DNA of 64,000 nucleotides from an uncultured Armatimonadia bacterium. Lineage in GTDB: Bacteria; Armatimonadota; Zipacnadia; CAVVLO01. This document shows positions 31,645 to 42,451 of this stretch, one piece after another. The position numbers and the translations under genes were made by a program. A model generated the notes under the pieces. That model had not been told where the DNA came from. It was given only the letters and a program-made list of their open reading frames with translations, and made no database searches. How positions within the stretch are numbered: position 1 is the first letter of the stretch; each line of letters starts with the position of its first letter. The DNA lies in NCBI GenBank assembly GCA_963749155.1, contig CAVVLO010000003.1, positions 1-64,000 of the forward strand, in the 5' to 3' direction.

Positions 31645-34062
31645 TAGCGCTTCTCCTCCGCCTCATAATAGACCCACTTGCTTGCGCCCTTGAGCTGTAG
31701 CAGGGTCAGTATGAGTATGACGATAAACAAAAGCCAGGCGAGCGCCGAGGCATACCCCATCTTGAAGTAGCTGAAGGCGTTCTGGAAGAGATACAGGACA
31801 GGCACCTGGGTGGAATCCACAGGCCCTCCGGCAGTCATTACGTAGATGTCTACGAAGCGCTGCAGAGAGCCAATAGTGCCCATTATCAGGTTGAAGAAGA
31901 TATAGGGCGAAAGCATCGGCAAGGTGACATTGCGGAAAGCGTTCCAGCCTGTTGCCCCGTCAATGGCCGCCGCCTCGTAAAGATGGCGTCCTATGCCCTG
32001 CAATCCGGCCAGCCAGATAATCATCCCTGCGCCTGCGCCCCACAGGCCCATTACGATAAGGGCGGGCTTCGACCAGAGTGGATCGGCCAGCCATTCAGGC
32101 GCGCCGATACCGAACCAGGCTGTCAAGGTAGAACGCCAGGCGAGGTTGATGAGGCCGTATTCCGGATTGAGAATCCAGATCCACAGGATTGCGCTTGCGA
32201 CCATCGGCACGATGGAGGGCATATAGTAGATGGTGCGATACCAGCTCATCCCGCGCACCTTCGCGTTCAGCAGCATCGCAATGGCAAGCCCCACCATCAT
32301 CGAAAGCGGCACGCCAAATAGCCAGAGATAGCCGGCATTGAAGAGCGCTTTCATAAAGATGGGGTCTTTCAGCAGATCCTGGTAGTTGGCGAAGCCCACA
32401 TATTTGGCCGGATGCAGCACGTCATAGCTGCAGAAGCTGTAGACGATTGAGGCGAGGATGGGCCCTCCGGTAAAGACGAGGAAACCGATAACCCAGGGCG
32501 AGGCGAAGAGATAACCCGCAACGGCTTCCTGCTTGCGAAGCGGCCCTATAGGCTCTGCCCGCCATATTAGCACCCCGCCTATCAGCAGCAGCAGCACTCC
32601 GGCCACCGCCGCGATACCATAGGGGATCTGCCAGTTGAAGAGCGGCAACTCGCGCTCCGCGAAGACGGTGTTCAAGCTCTTTCTGCACGACCGCGGTGCT
32701 TTCATCGAGGGCGGCCTTGGCGTCTTTCTTGTGATAGATGGCCAGGTCGAAGGAGCGGATATGTTCGTCCCACAGGCGCTGACCGACGAAAGTCACTGGC
32801 CTGTAGCGCGAGACAGGCATCAGGTCGAGACAGGTGCGCAAGGCCGAGCGATATTGCTCTTCCTTCGGCGCAAACTTGTCGAAAACCGTCTCGTTTACGA
32901 CCCGGTTGGCCGTCATATCGGGGACGTAGATGCGCCCGAGGCCGTGAGCGTATTCTTGCTGGCCTTCGTTCATCGGGATTATCCCATCGAGGCTTGTCAT
33001 CCATCTGACAAAGGCCCAGGCCTCTTCGGTATGGGGAGAACCCATCGGGATAGCCAGCGAATGGCCACCCGACCAGGTGATAAACTGAGGCAGGCCCTTG
33101 AACCGGCCCTCTCCCCTGTAGCGCGCATCAGGCACCGGCGCTGGCGCTACGCCAAATTTCACGTTGGGCGCGTAGCGCGCGGTCATATTCAGCACCCAGT
33201 TGCCGTCCAGCTTCATCGCGACCTTGCCCGTGTAGAAGGGGTCATTGGCTTGCGGCTGGAAGCCCGACTGGAAGGCGTTGATGTTTTTGGCGCCTCCCAG
33301 GTCATCGTAGAGCTTGACCATCCAGGCCAGCGCGTCGCTGATGGCCGGATCGTTCAGCGTGCACTTGCGGCCATCCTCGGACATGAAATGCCCATCGTTG
33401 AGGAAGCCGTACATATACAGGAAGCAGTTGCCATAGTTGGGGATAAAGCCGATGGTCTTGTAGCTGTCGCTCTCCTCGGCTTTTACTGTCAGCTTTTTGG
33501 CCATCCACTCAAGCTCGCTCCAGGTCTTGGGCGGCTTTTCAGGGTCCAGCCCCGCTGCCCGGAAGACGTCCTTGTTCCAGTACAGCACGCGGTCATCGGT
33601 GCTGTAGGGGATGGCATAGACTTTCCCTTCATAGGTCGCCTCATCCCAGCAGGCAGGATAAAAGTCTGAAGGCTTCACGCCCTCGCGCTGGATGAGATCG
33701 TCGAGGGGCCGGAAGGCGCCGCGGCTTGCCCAGTCGCCGATGGTAAAGCGGTCCTGGAAGATAACATCCGGTGGCACGCCTCCTGCTATCGAGGTCATCA
33801 GTTTCTGAGGATCCATCCCACCCGCGGCCATATTGAGCCGGATAACTTTGATATTGGGATGGGTCTCTTCGAAGAGGGCAACGGCCTTGTCCAGCCCGCG
33901 CGTCTCTTCTCCACTGGCAAGCCCCCAGACTACCAGGTTCACGCGCTCGCTCGAGCTGGCCCCGCCGGCCTTGGAGTTAACCAGGAGGATGACCACCACA
34001 AGGATGGAGACCAGCACCAGAGCCAGCCAGATTTTAGGGTCTTTCAAGTGAAGTCCCCCCAA
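31644..34062 (-). CDS. Fused solute-binding protein plus MalF-like permease (frameshift at about 32670)
   Basis: The SBP ORF has no natural end at VVQKEL; removing 1 nt gives ELDTVFAERELP in the permease frame (YEAAAIDGA). Confidence 0.75.
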
Positions 34063-34281
34063 GCCTTTTGTACGGAATGCCCAGATTATAGCAAGGTTAA
34101 CTGGCCTTCACACGCGCCGGATTACTTTTCCCCTTTCGCTAGCCGCGGCGAAAGGGCAGGATTGGCGCGCCTGCAGGCTTCGTCCCTTTCGAATTTCGCC
34201 GCAAAAAACGAGTCTCCTGCAAGCAGGAAAGAGGGGGCCTGGGGTAGAAATCAATCCCAAGGAATCAGAGGAGGGAGCTTT

Positions 34282-34482
34282 ATGGCCAAAATCCACAAGT
34301 TGAAGAGCACCGGTTTGTTCTGTCCGTTCCAGGCGCCTGGGCATCCGCTTCAGGGAGGTTGCCAGCGCACATGCGCCATCTTCGATGATGAACTGGGCGG
34401 CTGCGCCCTTCTGGTCATCGCCAGGGCTATGACCGGCCGCAAAGACACGCCAGACGAGGAAGAAGAAGCCAAGGAAGAGTAG
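34282..34482 (+). CDS. 66-aa four-cysteine protein
   Basis: AGGAGGGA RBS; CPF..C-x3-CA..CA pattern, acidic tail; own terminator. Confidence 0.7.
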   Translation: MAKIHKLKSTGLFCPFQAPGHPLQGGCQRTCAIFDDELGGCALLVIARAMTGRKDTPDEEEEAKEE

Positions 34483-34506
34483 CAAGCCAACTTTTTCGTA
34501 AAAGAA

Positions 34507-34539
34507 GAGGCCACCGGTCACCCGGTGGCCTTTTGCTTT
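34507..34539. terminator. Intrinsic terminator between convergent genes
   Basis: AGGCCACCGG-TCAC-CCGGTGGCCT followed by TTTGCTTT. Confidence 0.8.
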
Positions 34540-34554
34540 GACAGTCAGTTGCGG

Positions 34555-36366
34555 CTAAAGCGGGCACTCCGCCTCATCGAAACCGCCGAAGAAGTTCATC
34601 AGCTCGGCGTAGAAAATCCACTGGCCCATCGGGCCTGGATGGTTGATTGTGTTCGCGAGCAGCGCATTGCCTGGCCAGCCGCGTTCTGGCAGCCTGCCAT
34701 AAGCTTCCCAGGCATCGGCGACAGGCACGCCCAGCTCTTTGCCCAGTTCCAGGTACAGGCCATTCACTTCGACCAGTCGCTCGGCGCCCCAGAGGCTGCT
34801 GTTGGAGGTCATATACAGGACTTCTGAGCCAAGCTCGCGCGCTCTGCGGGTTATCTCCACCATATTTGCCCTGGTCTGCTCAAGCGGCAGGCCAGCGTCG
34901 TTCAGGGGAAACATCACTATAGTCAGATTGGGCTTATGCGCCGCTACGTCTTTCTCGAAACGCTCGAGGCCAAAGGTGGAGTTCGTGCCTCCGACCCCCG
35001 AGTTGATTACCTTTATCTCTTGCCCAGGATAACGCGCCATCAGGCCTGCTGCCAGCCTGTCGCGCCAGTGATCACCCTCTGAAAGCGCTTCTCCCCCCGC
35101 TGTAACGCTATCTCCAAGGCAGACGATGGTAAGAGGCTCGCCGGCGTCCAGCAGCGCCTGAGTCTTTGGCAGTTCAGCTCTCCGGTCGCGCGAGACAACC
35201 AGAGAGGGCTTCCGGTCGGTTATCTGCATCACACTGGCCAGAGCTAGCTCGCTTGCGCCAAAGGGCACGTGGATATTGGCCAGCACCAGGCAGCCTGAAG
35301 GGATAGCAGGCGGTTTGGGCAAGACCAGTTGGCTCTCCCCCGGAATTATCCGAAGCTGGCCATCTTCGGCCAGGACCAGCGAGTCAATCCGCTGCAGGCT
35401 TACCGCATAATCAACATAGACGGGTTTGTCCGCCGGGGCTTTGCCCTGAGGGCGTCTGGTGAGGGTCGCATAAGGGCCATTCAGCAGGTAATCTACCCCA
35501 GGCTCCAGCTCTTCTCCTGTCTGCCCTGGGGCAGTCTTCACTACAACAGAATTCGCCATTAAGGAGTCTACCGCCGCGTGATAGGAGCACATCGCCCCTT
35601 TCAGCCTGGCACCGGTATTGAAGGCAGGGTCTCCCTCGGGCAGTACTGCTTCTTCGTCCCTGAACCAGGCAATGACAGGCGGGGCTACCTCAAGTATCGC
35701 AGGCTCTGCTACGACTATTTGACGCTCTTCGATAACGGCTGTGCCAGGCGATACGCGCACGCTGAGGCCACCCCAGGGCGCCACATTAAGTCCGTTCATT
35801 ACATATCCTCTCCTGCCTCCACCTTCATCGCCCTCGCCGTACACAAGAGGTTCGGCAAGCAGCGTCAAAGTGGTGATACTTGCTGAGGTTACTTCGAAGC
35901 TTATTTCGAGCTGGGCATGCGGCCTGGTCGAAAGAGGCAGCACCAGAGGCAGCCACCGGTCGCTGGGCAGTTTGCCCGTGTATAAGGTGACAGTAAGCCC
36001 CGAGCTGCGCGCGAGCACCGTCAAACGCGCCTCTCTCCCGCCCCGGATTTTCGTGGCGAAATCCAGTACGGGATTGCGCCCCTGAGGCGCTCTCAAGTTG
36101 AAAGTCAGCCGCAAGGTGGCCTCGTCCGGCCCGCGCACCAGCAGGCAGCGTTTGCCTTCTACAAGCTGGCCGAAGCCCACCATCGCTCTGCTCTGGCGGT
36201 CTATCTCGGTTAGCTTGCCCAGGTCTTGCTCCCCTTTCGAGCCAACCAGAGTGACGTTGTAGTCGGGTTCATCCATCAGGGCGATGGGCACCGCCCAGGC
36301 GGAAGAGAGGCAAAAAGCCATAAGGAGCCAGGCTGAGCAAAGCCCCAGGATACGAGCTGGTTTCAT
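34555..36366 (-). CDS. Secreted SGNH/GDSL hydrolase with long N-terminal region
   Basis: Signal peptide; CLGDSVT, NSGVGG, LND, NHP blocks. Confidence 0.85.
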   Translation of the reverse strand: MKPARILGLCSAWLLMAFCLSSAWAVPIALMDEPDYNVTLVGSKGEQDLGKLTEIDRQSRAMVGFGQLVEGKRCLLVRGPDEATLRLTFNLRAPQGRNPVLDFATKIRGGREARLTVLARSSGLTVTLYTGKLPSDRWLPLVLPLSTRPHAQLEISFEVTSASITTLTLLAEPLVYGEGDEGGGRRGYVMNGLNVAPWGGLSVRVSPGTAVIEERQIVVAEPAILEVAPPVIAWFRDEEAVLPEGDPAFNTGARLKGAMCSYHAAVDSLMANSVVVKTAPGQTGEELEPGVDYLLNGPYATLTRRPQGKAPADKPVYVDYAVSLQRIDSLVLAEDGQLRIIPGESQLVLPKPPAIPSGCLVLANIHVPFGASELALASVMQITDRKPSLVVSRDRRAELPKTQALLDAGEPLTIVCLGDSVTAGGEALSEGDHWRDRLAAGLMARYPGQEIKVINSGVGGTNSTFGLERFEKDVAAHKPNLTIVMFPLNDAGLPLEQTRANMVEITRRARELGSEVLYMTSNSSLWGAERLVEVNGLYLELGKELGVPVADAWEAYGRLPERGWPGNALLANTINHPGPMGQWIFYAELMNFFGGFDEAECPL

Positions 36367-36501
36367 ATACGTTCCTCCAAATATGAAATCTTCTGGTTAG
36401 TTGAAGGATTCGCCCCTCGCGCGTCTCTTCCTGCTTGGCTGCAGGGAAGCCTGCTATCCAGTTGAATTTATAACCTGAGTCGGACCCCAGGAAGGTGAGT
36501 T

Positions 36502-37473
36502 ATGAAGCGCGCGCTCAGAATCGGTTTACTGGTGCTTGGTATTGCTACCGTGGCCCTCGCTACCCCTTTCCTCTACGCGGGGCTTCGCTATGGCTTCGGC
36601 TCTCCCGAATTTGTGCGCATCGCTTTGGAAGTAAAAAAGTTCCTGATTGATTTTTTCAGTCAGGATAATGGCCTCAATGTGCTGCGCCGGGCTTCGATAA
36701 ATGGCATCGTCGCGGTTGGGATGACCTTCGTCATTATTACGGGGGGCATAGATTTATCGGTCGGAGGCATCCTCGCTCTGGCCAGTTGCCTTTGCGCCGG
36801 TCTGATGGAGGTCGGGCTGCCCGCCCCTGTTGCGATATTGGCCGCGCTGGCAACCGGGGCTTTGCTTGGCGCCTTCAATGGCTTCATCGTCGCCAGAGGC
36901 AAGATGCAGCCTTTCATCGTCACGATGGCCACCTGGACCATTGCCGCGGGCGTTGCCTTCCTCTACACCGACCGGGTCATCACCAGCACCAACCAGGGCT
37001 TCTCTGATTTCGGAGCCAGCCCCTGGGCGCCGACTCTGCTTTTCCTGGTGACCGCTTTACTGGCCTGGGGCGTCCAAAAATACACGGCCTTTGGCAGGTA
37101 CACTTATAGCCTGGGGGGCAATGAGGAAGCCGCGCGCCTTTCAGGTATCAACGTCACATCGCTTAAAGTAAAAGTCTATGCCCTTTCGGGGATGCTCGCT
37201 GGCCTGGCCGCGGTGGTATATGTGGCTCGGACCAATTCGGGCGCCCCTGATATCTGGAACACCGGCTACGAGCTGGACGCTATCGCTGCCGCGGTAATTG
37301 GCGGCACGAGCCTCGCCGGCGGGCGCGGCAGTGTTATTGGCACCATATTCGGCGCCATTATCATCAACGCGCTGGGCAATGCGCTCAACCTTGCGGGGAT
37401 GGGCGATGTCGCGCAGAAGATAATGCGAGGTCTCATCATACTGCTGGCGGTCTACCTTCAGAAGAGAGACTGA
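36502..37473 (+). CDS. Monosaccharide ABC permease, RbsC-like
   Basis: GGIDLSVGG, GGNEEAARLSGI, YELDAIAAAVIGG. Confidence 0.92.
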   Translation: MKRALRIGLLVLGIATVALATPFLYAGLRYGFGSPEFVRIALEVKKFLIDFFSQDNGLNVLRRASINGIVAVGMTFVIITGGIDLSVGGILALASCLCAGLMEVGLPAPVAILAALATGALLGAFNGFIVARGKMQPFIVTMATWTIAAGVAFLYTDRVITSTNQGFSDFGASPWAPTLLFLVTALLAWGVQKYTAFGRYTYSLGGNEEAARLSGINVTSLKVKVYALSGMLAGLAAVVYVARTNSGAPDIWNTGYELDAIAAAVIGGTSLAGGRGSVIGTIFGAIIINALGNALNLAGMGDVAQKIMRGLIILLAVYLQKRD

Positions 37474-37536
37474 GGCAGGAGTCAGGCGCGCTGCCTCGAA
37501 AGCTTTTCCAATCAAGTCCAGGGAGGACTGATACAT

Positions 37537-38564
37537 ATGAAACGTGCTGCCTTGTTGGCTTGCTTCTCGCCTTGAGCGCTTTGGTGCTGGTGTCTTGCGC
37601 GCCGGAGCAACAGCCTTCACAAGCGACCCCGCCTGTGCCGTCTACCCAACCTGCTGCCCCTGCTGCTGAAAAGCAGCTTGTTGTCTTCTGCCAGAGTACC
37701 AATGTAGATCCCTGGCGGCAGGCGATGAACGCTGATATGGAAGACGCCGCTGCCAAATATCCCGATATCAAACTCGAGATCCTCGATGGCCAGAACAAGA
37801 ACGAGACCCAGCTGGCCAATGTCGAGGATGCTGTCTCGAAGGGCTGCAAGGTGCTGATTATCAGCCCGCGCGAAGCCCAGCCTCTGACCAAGGCCGTCGA
37901 GGAAGTCTACGCCAAAGGCATCCCTGTCATCCTGCTCGATCGCTCAATCAATTCGGAAAACTATACTTCCTTCATAGGCGCCAGCAATGTCGAGATAGGC
38001 AAGATGGCTGGCGAATACGTTGCCAAGCAACTCAAGGGCAAGGGCAAGGTCGTGGAAATCCAGGGTATCGCGGGCGCCACTCCTACCAAGGACCGCCATT
38101 CCGGTTTCCACGAGGCCCTCAAGGCTTATCCGGGCATCAAGGTCATCAACCAGGCCCAGTATGCCGATTATCTGCGCAGCAAGGCGATGCCCGTGATGGA
38201 AGACGCGCTGCAGAAGTACAAGGAAATCGATTGCGTCTATGCCCATAACGACGAGATGGCCCTTGGCGCGCTCAAGGCCGCCCAGGACGCGGGCAGGGCA
38301 AAGTCCATTATGTTCGTAGGCATCGATGGCCAGCGCGAGGCGCTCGAGGCTATTCTGGCCGGCGATATGGCGGCGACTTTCGTTTATCCCACCTGCAGCA
38401 ACGAAGCCATAGACCTGGCCGAGAAGCTGCTGGCAGGCGCCAAGGCCGATGTGCCCAAACAGGTGCCTCTCAAGACCATCGCTCTCACCAAAGAAAATGC
38501 CGAAAAATACTATGATGCGACTCGCCCAATGGCCCGTATTACCGAAAGCATGGTAAAAGAGTAA
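37537..38564 (+). CDS. Sugar-binding lipoprotein, RbsB-like (1-nt frameshift in signal peptide)
   Basis: GGAGG then ATG 37537; lipobox LVSC; YAHNDEMALG, VGIDG. Confidence 0.9.
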
Positions 38565-38580
38565 TAATGAGGTGATATCG

Positions 38581-38619
38581 GTGGAGAGAGACCTCGCGAG
38601 GGGCTCTCTCCACTTTTTT
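38581..38619 (+). terminator. Intrinsic terminator
   Basis: GTGGAGAGAG..CTCTCTCCAC followed by TTTTTT. Confidence 0.8.
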
Positions 38620-38622
38620 CTA

Positions 38623-39015
38623 ATGGCCGACTCTCCGCCCAAAATCAGGATTCTGATAGTCGAGGATCAGCCGCATATGCATGATATGATGCTGCTCTTC
38701 CTCGAACGAGTTGGTTATGAAGTAACAGGCGCCTATACCGCCAGGGCAGCCCTTGAGGCTGCCAGTCAAACTTCCTTCGAGGTCGCGCTGGTCGATTTGA
38801 CTCTGCCTGACCAGCACGGCGCAGACCTCATAAAGCAACTGCTGGCGCTCGAAGAGCCGCCCATCTGCTTCGTGCTTACAGGTAGCGACGAGGCCGAAGC
38901 CAGACGTTGTTCGGAAGAAAGTGGCGCCTGTGGCTGGCTAACCAAACCCTTCTCACTGAAAGAGTTGTCAGCTTGTGTTCAAAAAGCGCTGGCCCAGGGA
39001 GGCAAGTCAGAATGA
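38623..39015 (+). CDS. Stand-alone response regulator receiver (CheY-like)
   Basis: ILIVED, LVDLTLPD, LTG, LTKPF. Confidence 0.9.
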   Translation: MADSPPKIRILIVEDQPHMHDMMLLFLERVGYEVTGAYTARAALEAASQTSFEVALVDLTLPDQHGADLIKQLLALEEPPICFVLTGSDEAEARRCSEESGACGWLTKPFSLKELSACVQKALAQGGKSE

Positions 39016-39197
39016 ATCGTGGTGGCTTTTCTTTGAATCGCCTGCTAGGCATATCGCGCCTCAAGTCGCAGGTGTCGCGCAGCACGGGCATCCCCTGGAC
39101 CCGTTCGGGCAGGCAGCGCAAAGTTGGCGCCATGCTCGGTTCCGCTGGGCTTGTTCTGCTTGGTTTATCACTGCTGAAACGCTGGCGCAACCGCTGA
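39012..39197 (+). CDS. Small basic hypothetical protein with C-terminal hydrophobic segment
   Basis: ATGA overlap with upstream gene; GFSLNRLLGISRLKSQVSRSTGIPWTRSGRQRKVG. Confidence 0.65.
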   Translation: MNRGGFSLNRLLGISRLKSQVSRSTGIPWTRSGRQRKVGAMLGSAGLVLLGLSLLKRWRNR

Positions 39198-39242
39198 CTT
39201 GCTGCTGGCTGCTAGCACCCTGGGGGAGCCTGATCTGGTTTT

Positions 39243-40184
39243 ATGCCGTCTGACTACGACCTGTCGCTGGTGGTGCCTGTCTACAACGAGGAAGAGATGA
39301 TCCCGCTGCTCTGGCAGGAGCTTGCGGCTACTCTCCCCCGCCTCGCAGGCGCCTGGCAGGTCGTCTTCGTGGACGATGGAAGTCAGGATTCCAGTTCCGA
39401 GCAACTACGAGCGATCGCCTTGGCTAATCCTAATGTCGTCTACGTGCGCTTCAAGCGCAATCAGGGCCAGGCTACCGCCTACAGGGCAGGCTTCCGCAAC
39501 GCTTCAGGTCGCCTGGTGGCTACTCTGGACGCCGATCTCCAAATCCATCCGCGAGAGCTTGAGAAGTTTCTCCCAGTCCAGGCCGAAGGGGATTTCGATG
39601 TCGTCTACGGCCGGCGCGAGTCGCGCAGGGGCAGTTGGCTTAAGCGCGTCCTGACCAGCCGCACCGCCAACTGGATGATACGCACAGGCTCCGGCAGCAG
39701 CGGGCACGATGCGGGCTGCGGATTGAAGGTCTACAAGCTGTGGCTTGCGCGCGAGTTGCTCTTCTTCTCGGGCCTTCACCGGATGTCTACAGCGCTTTCC
39801 AAGGGTTTCGGGGCAAGAGAAGCCGAGGTCTCGCTGCTTGAGGGCGAGCGCCTGGCTGGCACAAGCAAATACGGCCTCAAACGAATCTTCCAGGTCATCC
39901 CTGACCTTGCCCGCGCCCTGTTGATGACCAGGCTGGTAAAACTGCCCTTCGCCAGGTGTAGCAGTCGGCTGAAGAAAGTCAGCCTGATAGCGCTGCTGGA
40001 GTCCTTCCTGGTGCGCGGTTGCCTGCGCTATGAACTGCGCCTGCTGGCCGCGGTTTTAGGTTCTGCAGGGGCTTTCGCAGGGCGGCTGGAAGAATGGCGC
40101 GCCACCTTGTTAGAAATCCGGACGCATCTGCTCGATGCGCCCGGATATCCTCTCGATGAAGAATTGAGCATCCGGGCTCGTTAG
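39243..40184 (+). CDS. GT2 glycosyltransferase (ArnC/DPM-synthase-like)
   Basis: VVPVYNEE, FVDDGSQD, TLDADLQ, DAGCGLK. Confidence 0.9.
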   Translation: MPSDYDLSLVVPVYNEEEMIPLLWQELAATLPRLAGAWQVVFVDDGSQDSSSEQLRAIALANPNVVYVRFKRNQGQATAYRAGFRNASGRLVATLDADLQIHPRELEKFLPVQAEGDFDVVYGRRESRRGSWLKRVLTSRTANWMIRTGSGSSGHDAGCGLKVYKLWLARELLFFSGLHRMSTALSKGFGAREAEVSLLEGERLAGTSKYGLKRIFQVIPDLARALLMTRLVKLPFARCSSRLKKVSLIALLESFLVRGCLRYELRLLAAVLGSAGAFAGRLEEWRATLLEIRTHLLDAPGYPLDEELSIRAR

Positions 40185-41917
40185 CAGGCCGGATGGTCCA
40201 GCTTTGCGAACCAGGCCAGGTCAAGGTCAGCGAAGACGTCATCCTGAGCTTCAACGTCCGCAAGGAAGGCCAAATCTTCGGCCATATAAGGCTGCCCCTC
40301 GAGGTGTTTCTCGAAACTGGCCAGCAGCTTGCTGATGCCCTCGTAGTGCAGCTTCAACCGGGCCGAGCCATAATCGGCAGTATTACGCGTCGTAATAAGG
40401 AACTGCCAGTCACTGCTTTGCAGCAGCAGCAGCTCTCTGGCCGCCTGCTTCAGAAGTCTTACCGAAAGCTCATCCAGCGCGCCCAGGTCCCGGTCAAGCG
40501 CCTTTGCGAAGCGGGCTTCGGCCTCGTAGATAAGCTTCCAGGTCCATTCGGTCTCCTCGTTCAGCCACACCCAGTGGAAACCACCCTCGCCCCAGGAACC
40601 CTCAGGCAAAGCGACACTAACGGTGGGCGGATGAGCCTGCACGTAGTCACTTGTGCTTGCAAGCTCGATCTCCTCGTCCTGGGCCATCCGCTTGAGCATC
40701 TCATAAAGCCAGTCGCAGCCCTCGAACCACCAGTGGCCGAAGAGTTCTGTGTCAAACATCGCGCAAACGAGGGCTTTCTCGCCCAGCTCCTGCGCGTGCA
40801 AGGCCAGACTTTGCTTGACCAGGCTGTGGAAATGGTCGGCATGTTCGGGCAGCCTGCTGGCCGCCGCTTGCAAAGAATAGTTGCCCTTGGCGCCCAGGTC
40901 GGCCTTCGAATGGGTCACTTTCCAGTATCTCAGTCCGCCCGGCCAGTGCTTCTTGTGGAAATCTAGATACTCAGGATCGCCCGGATAGCCCCAGTCACCG
41001 CTCCAGACCTGCATCCCGGCTTCTGGATCGCGGGCGAAAACCGCCACTGGGGCATGCCCAAGCGGGTCCGAGCTGGTCAGATAGGCGCTGTAGCAGGACC
41101 GCTCCTCTTCAAGCTTGCGCGGCGCATACTGCTGCTCAAATTGCTGCCAGAGGTCTTTCAGCCCCTTGAAGCGTTCCGCATAGTTGCCCAGGGTCTTGCC
41201 GCCAGTCAGCAGTGAAGTCTCGACAAAAGTCGCCCAGAGGCCTTCTTCAGAAAGAAACTCATCCACGCCCTTGCGCAGCCTGGGCGCGTCCCAACCCTCG
41301 ATGGGCAGTGGAGGCGTCCATTCATAGCGAGGTCGGTAAGCGCACTCGGGCATCCAGAAGGCTCGCGGCGCGCGCCCAAAATGGCGCTCGTAGGTAGCCT
41401 TGGCGACTTTCACCTGCGCCTGGACACTGGTATCGAGCGAGAGCAAGGGCAGATAGCCGTGCGTTGCGCCAGCACAGCCGATTTCCAGGACTCCGTCATC
41501 CTGCAGCTTGCGGAAGGCGCCGACGAGATTTCCGTTATACTTCACTTCGAAGTCCTGGATACGCGCCTCGTACCAGTCGCGCCACCAGGCGGCCATCTCG
41601 GAGAGGCCTTCTTCTCCCAGTTTGGCGAAGTAGTCAATATCGGTGATTGCGAGTTCCTTTTTGTGCGCCAGATAAGTGCGCAATTCCTCGTGGAAATCGG
41701 GATGAGCGAGCTGCTCCAGCACGATTGGGCTGAAGGAGAGGGTAACGCGGGGCTTCAGGCCCTCTTCCTCCAGGCGGGTGAGGCTGTTAAGCAAGGGGAT
41801 ATAGGTCTCTGTGACCCCCTCGCACAGCCAGTCAGTGCCATGCGGCCAGCGCCCATGCGAAAGCACATAGGGGAAGTGCGAGTGCAGTACGAGCAGGAAG
41901 CTTCCAATCTTCGCCAT
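40181..41917 (-). CDS. GH57 1,4-alpha-glucan branching enzyme (DUF1957)
   Basis: VLHSHFPYV, ATHGYLP, WMPECAY, FDTELFGHWWFEG, SSDWQF. Confidence 0.92.
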   Translation of the reverse strand: MAKIGSFLLVLHSHFPYVLSHGRWPHGTDWLCEGVTETYIPLLNSLTRLEEEGLKPRVTLSFSPIVLEQLAHPDFHEELRTYLAHKKELAITDIDYFAKLGEEGLSEMAAWWRDWYEARIQDFEVKYNGNLVGAFRKLQDDGVLEIGCAGATHGYLPLLSLDTSVQAQVKVAKATYERHFGRAPRAFWMPECAYRPRYEWTPPLPIEGWDAPRLRKGVDEFLSEEGLWATFVETSLLTGGKTLGNYAERFKGLKDLWQQFEQQYAPRKLEEERSCYSAYLTSSDPLGHAPVAVFARDPEAGMQVWSGDWGYPGDPEYLDFHKKHWPGGLRYWKVTHSKADLGAKGNYSLQAAASRLPEHADHFHSLVKQSLALHAQELGEKALVCAMFDTELFGHWWFEGCDWLYEMLKRMAQDEEIELASTSDYVQAHPPTVSVALPEGSWGEGGFHWVWLNEETEWTWKLIYEAEARFAKALDRDLGALDELSVRLLKQAARELLLLQSSDWQFLITTRNTADYGSARLKLHYEGISKLLASFEKHLEGQPYMAEDLAFLADVEAQDDVFADLDLAWFAKLDHPAC

Positions 41918-42049
41918 ATCAGTTCTCCATCGTCAAGGCTGCTGAAAATATACTCCCCTATTGTAAGCTTCTTGTGAGGCGCTGGCAAAGAGGCAATCTT
42001 TCTGCGATAGAGGGCCCGAAAGCAGGCGCTTCGTCGTGCTACAATGAAG

Positions 42050-42451
42050 GCAGGAGTGGGTCGCGGGTCCGCGCTCGGCAAGTTGCCGGGTGAGGAAAGT
42101 CCGGACTCCACAGGGCAGGGCGCTGGATAACATCCAGGCGGCGCAAGCCGACGGAAAGTGCAACAGAAAGCAGACCGCCTAAGCCCCTTCGGGGGCCGGT
42201 AAGGGTGAAACGGTGGGGTAAGAGCCCACCAGTTGCTGTGGCGACACGGCAAGCTGGGTAAACCCCGCTCGGAGCAAGGCCAAATAGGAAGGGGCGCCTG
42301 GCAGGTCCAGGCTAGGGTCTGCCCGACCCGACGCCTTCGGGTTGGCCGCAAGAGGCGCTTCGCAAGAAGCGTCCCAGATAAATGGACTCGGCCCGGACCC
42401 CTTGATTGGGGCTCCGCGAGCACAGAATCCGGCTTACAGACCCACTCCTGC
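42050..42451 (+). ncRNA. rnpB: RNase P RNA (bacterial type A)
   Basis: GAGGAAAGTCCGGACTC, AGTGCAACAGAAA, GGGTAAACCCC, ACAGAATCCGGCTTA; P1 GCAGGAGTGGGTC/GACCCACTCCTGC; TGCTACAAT extended -10 just upstream. Confidence 0.97.
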
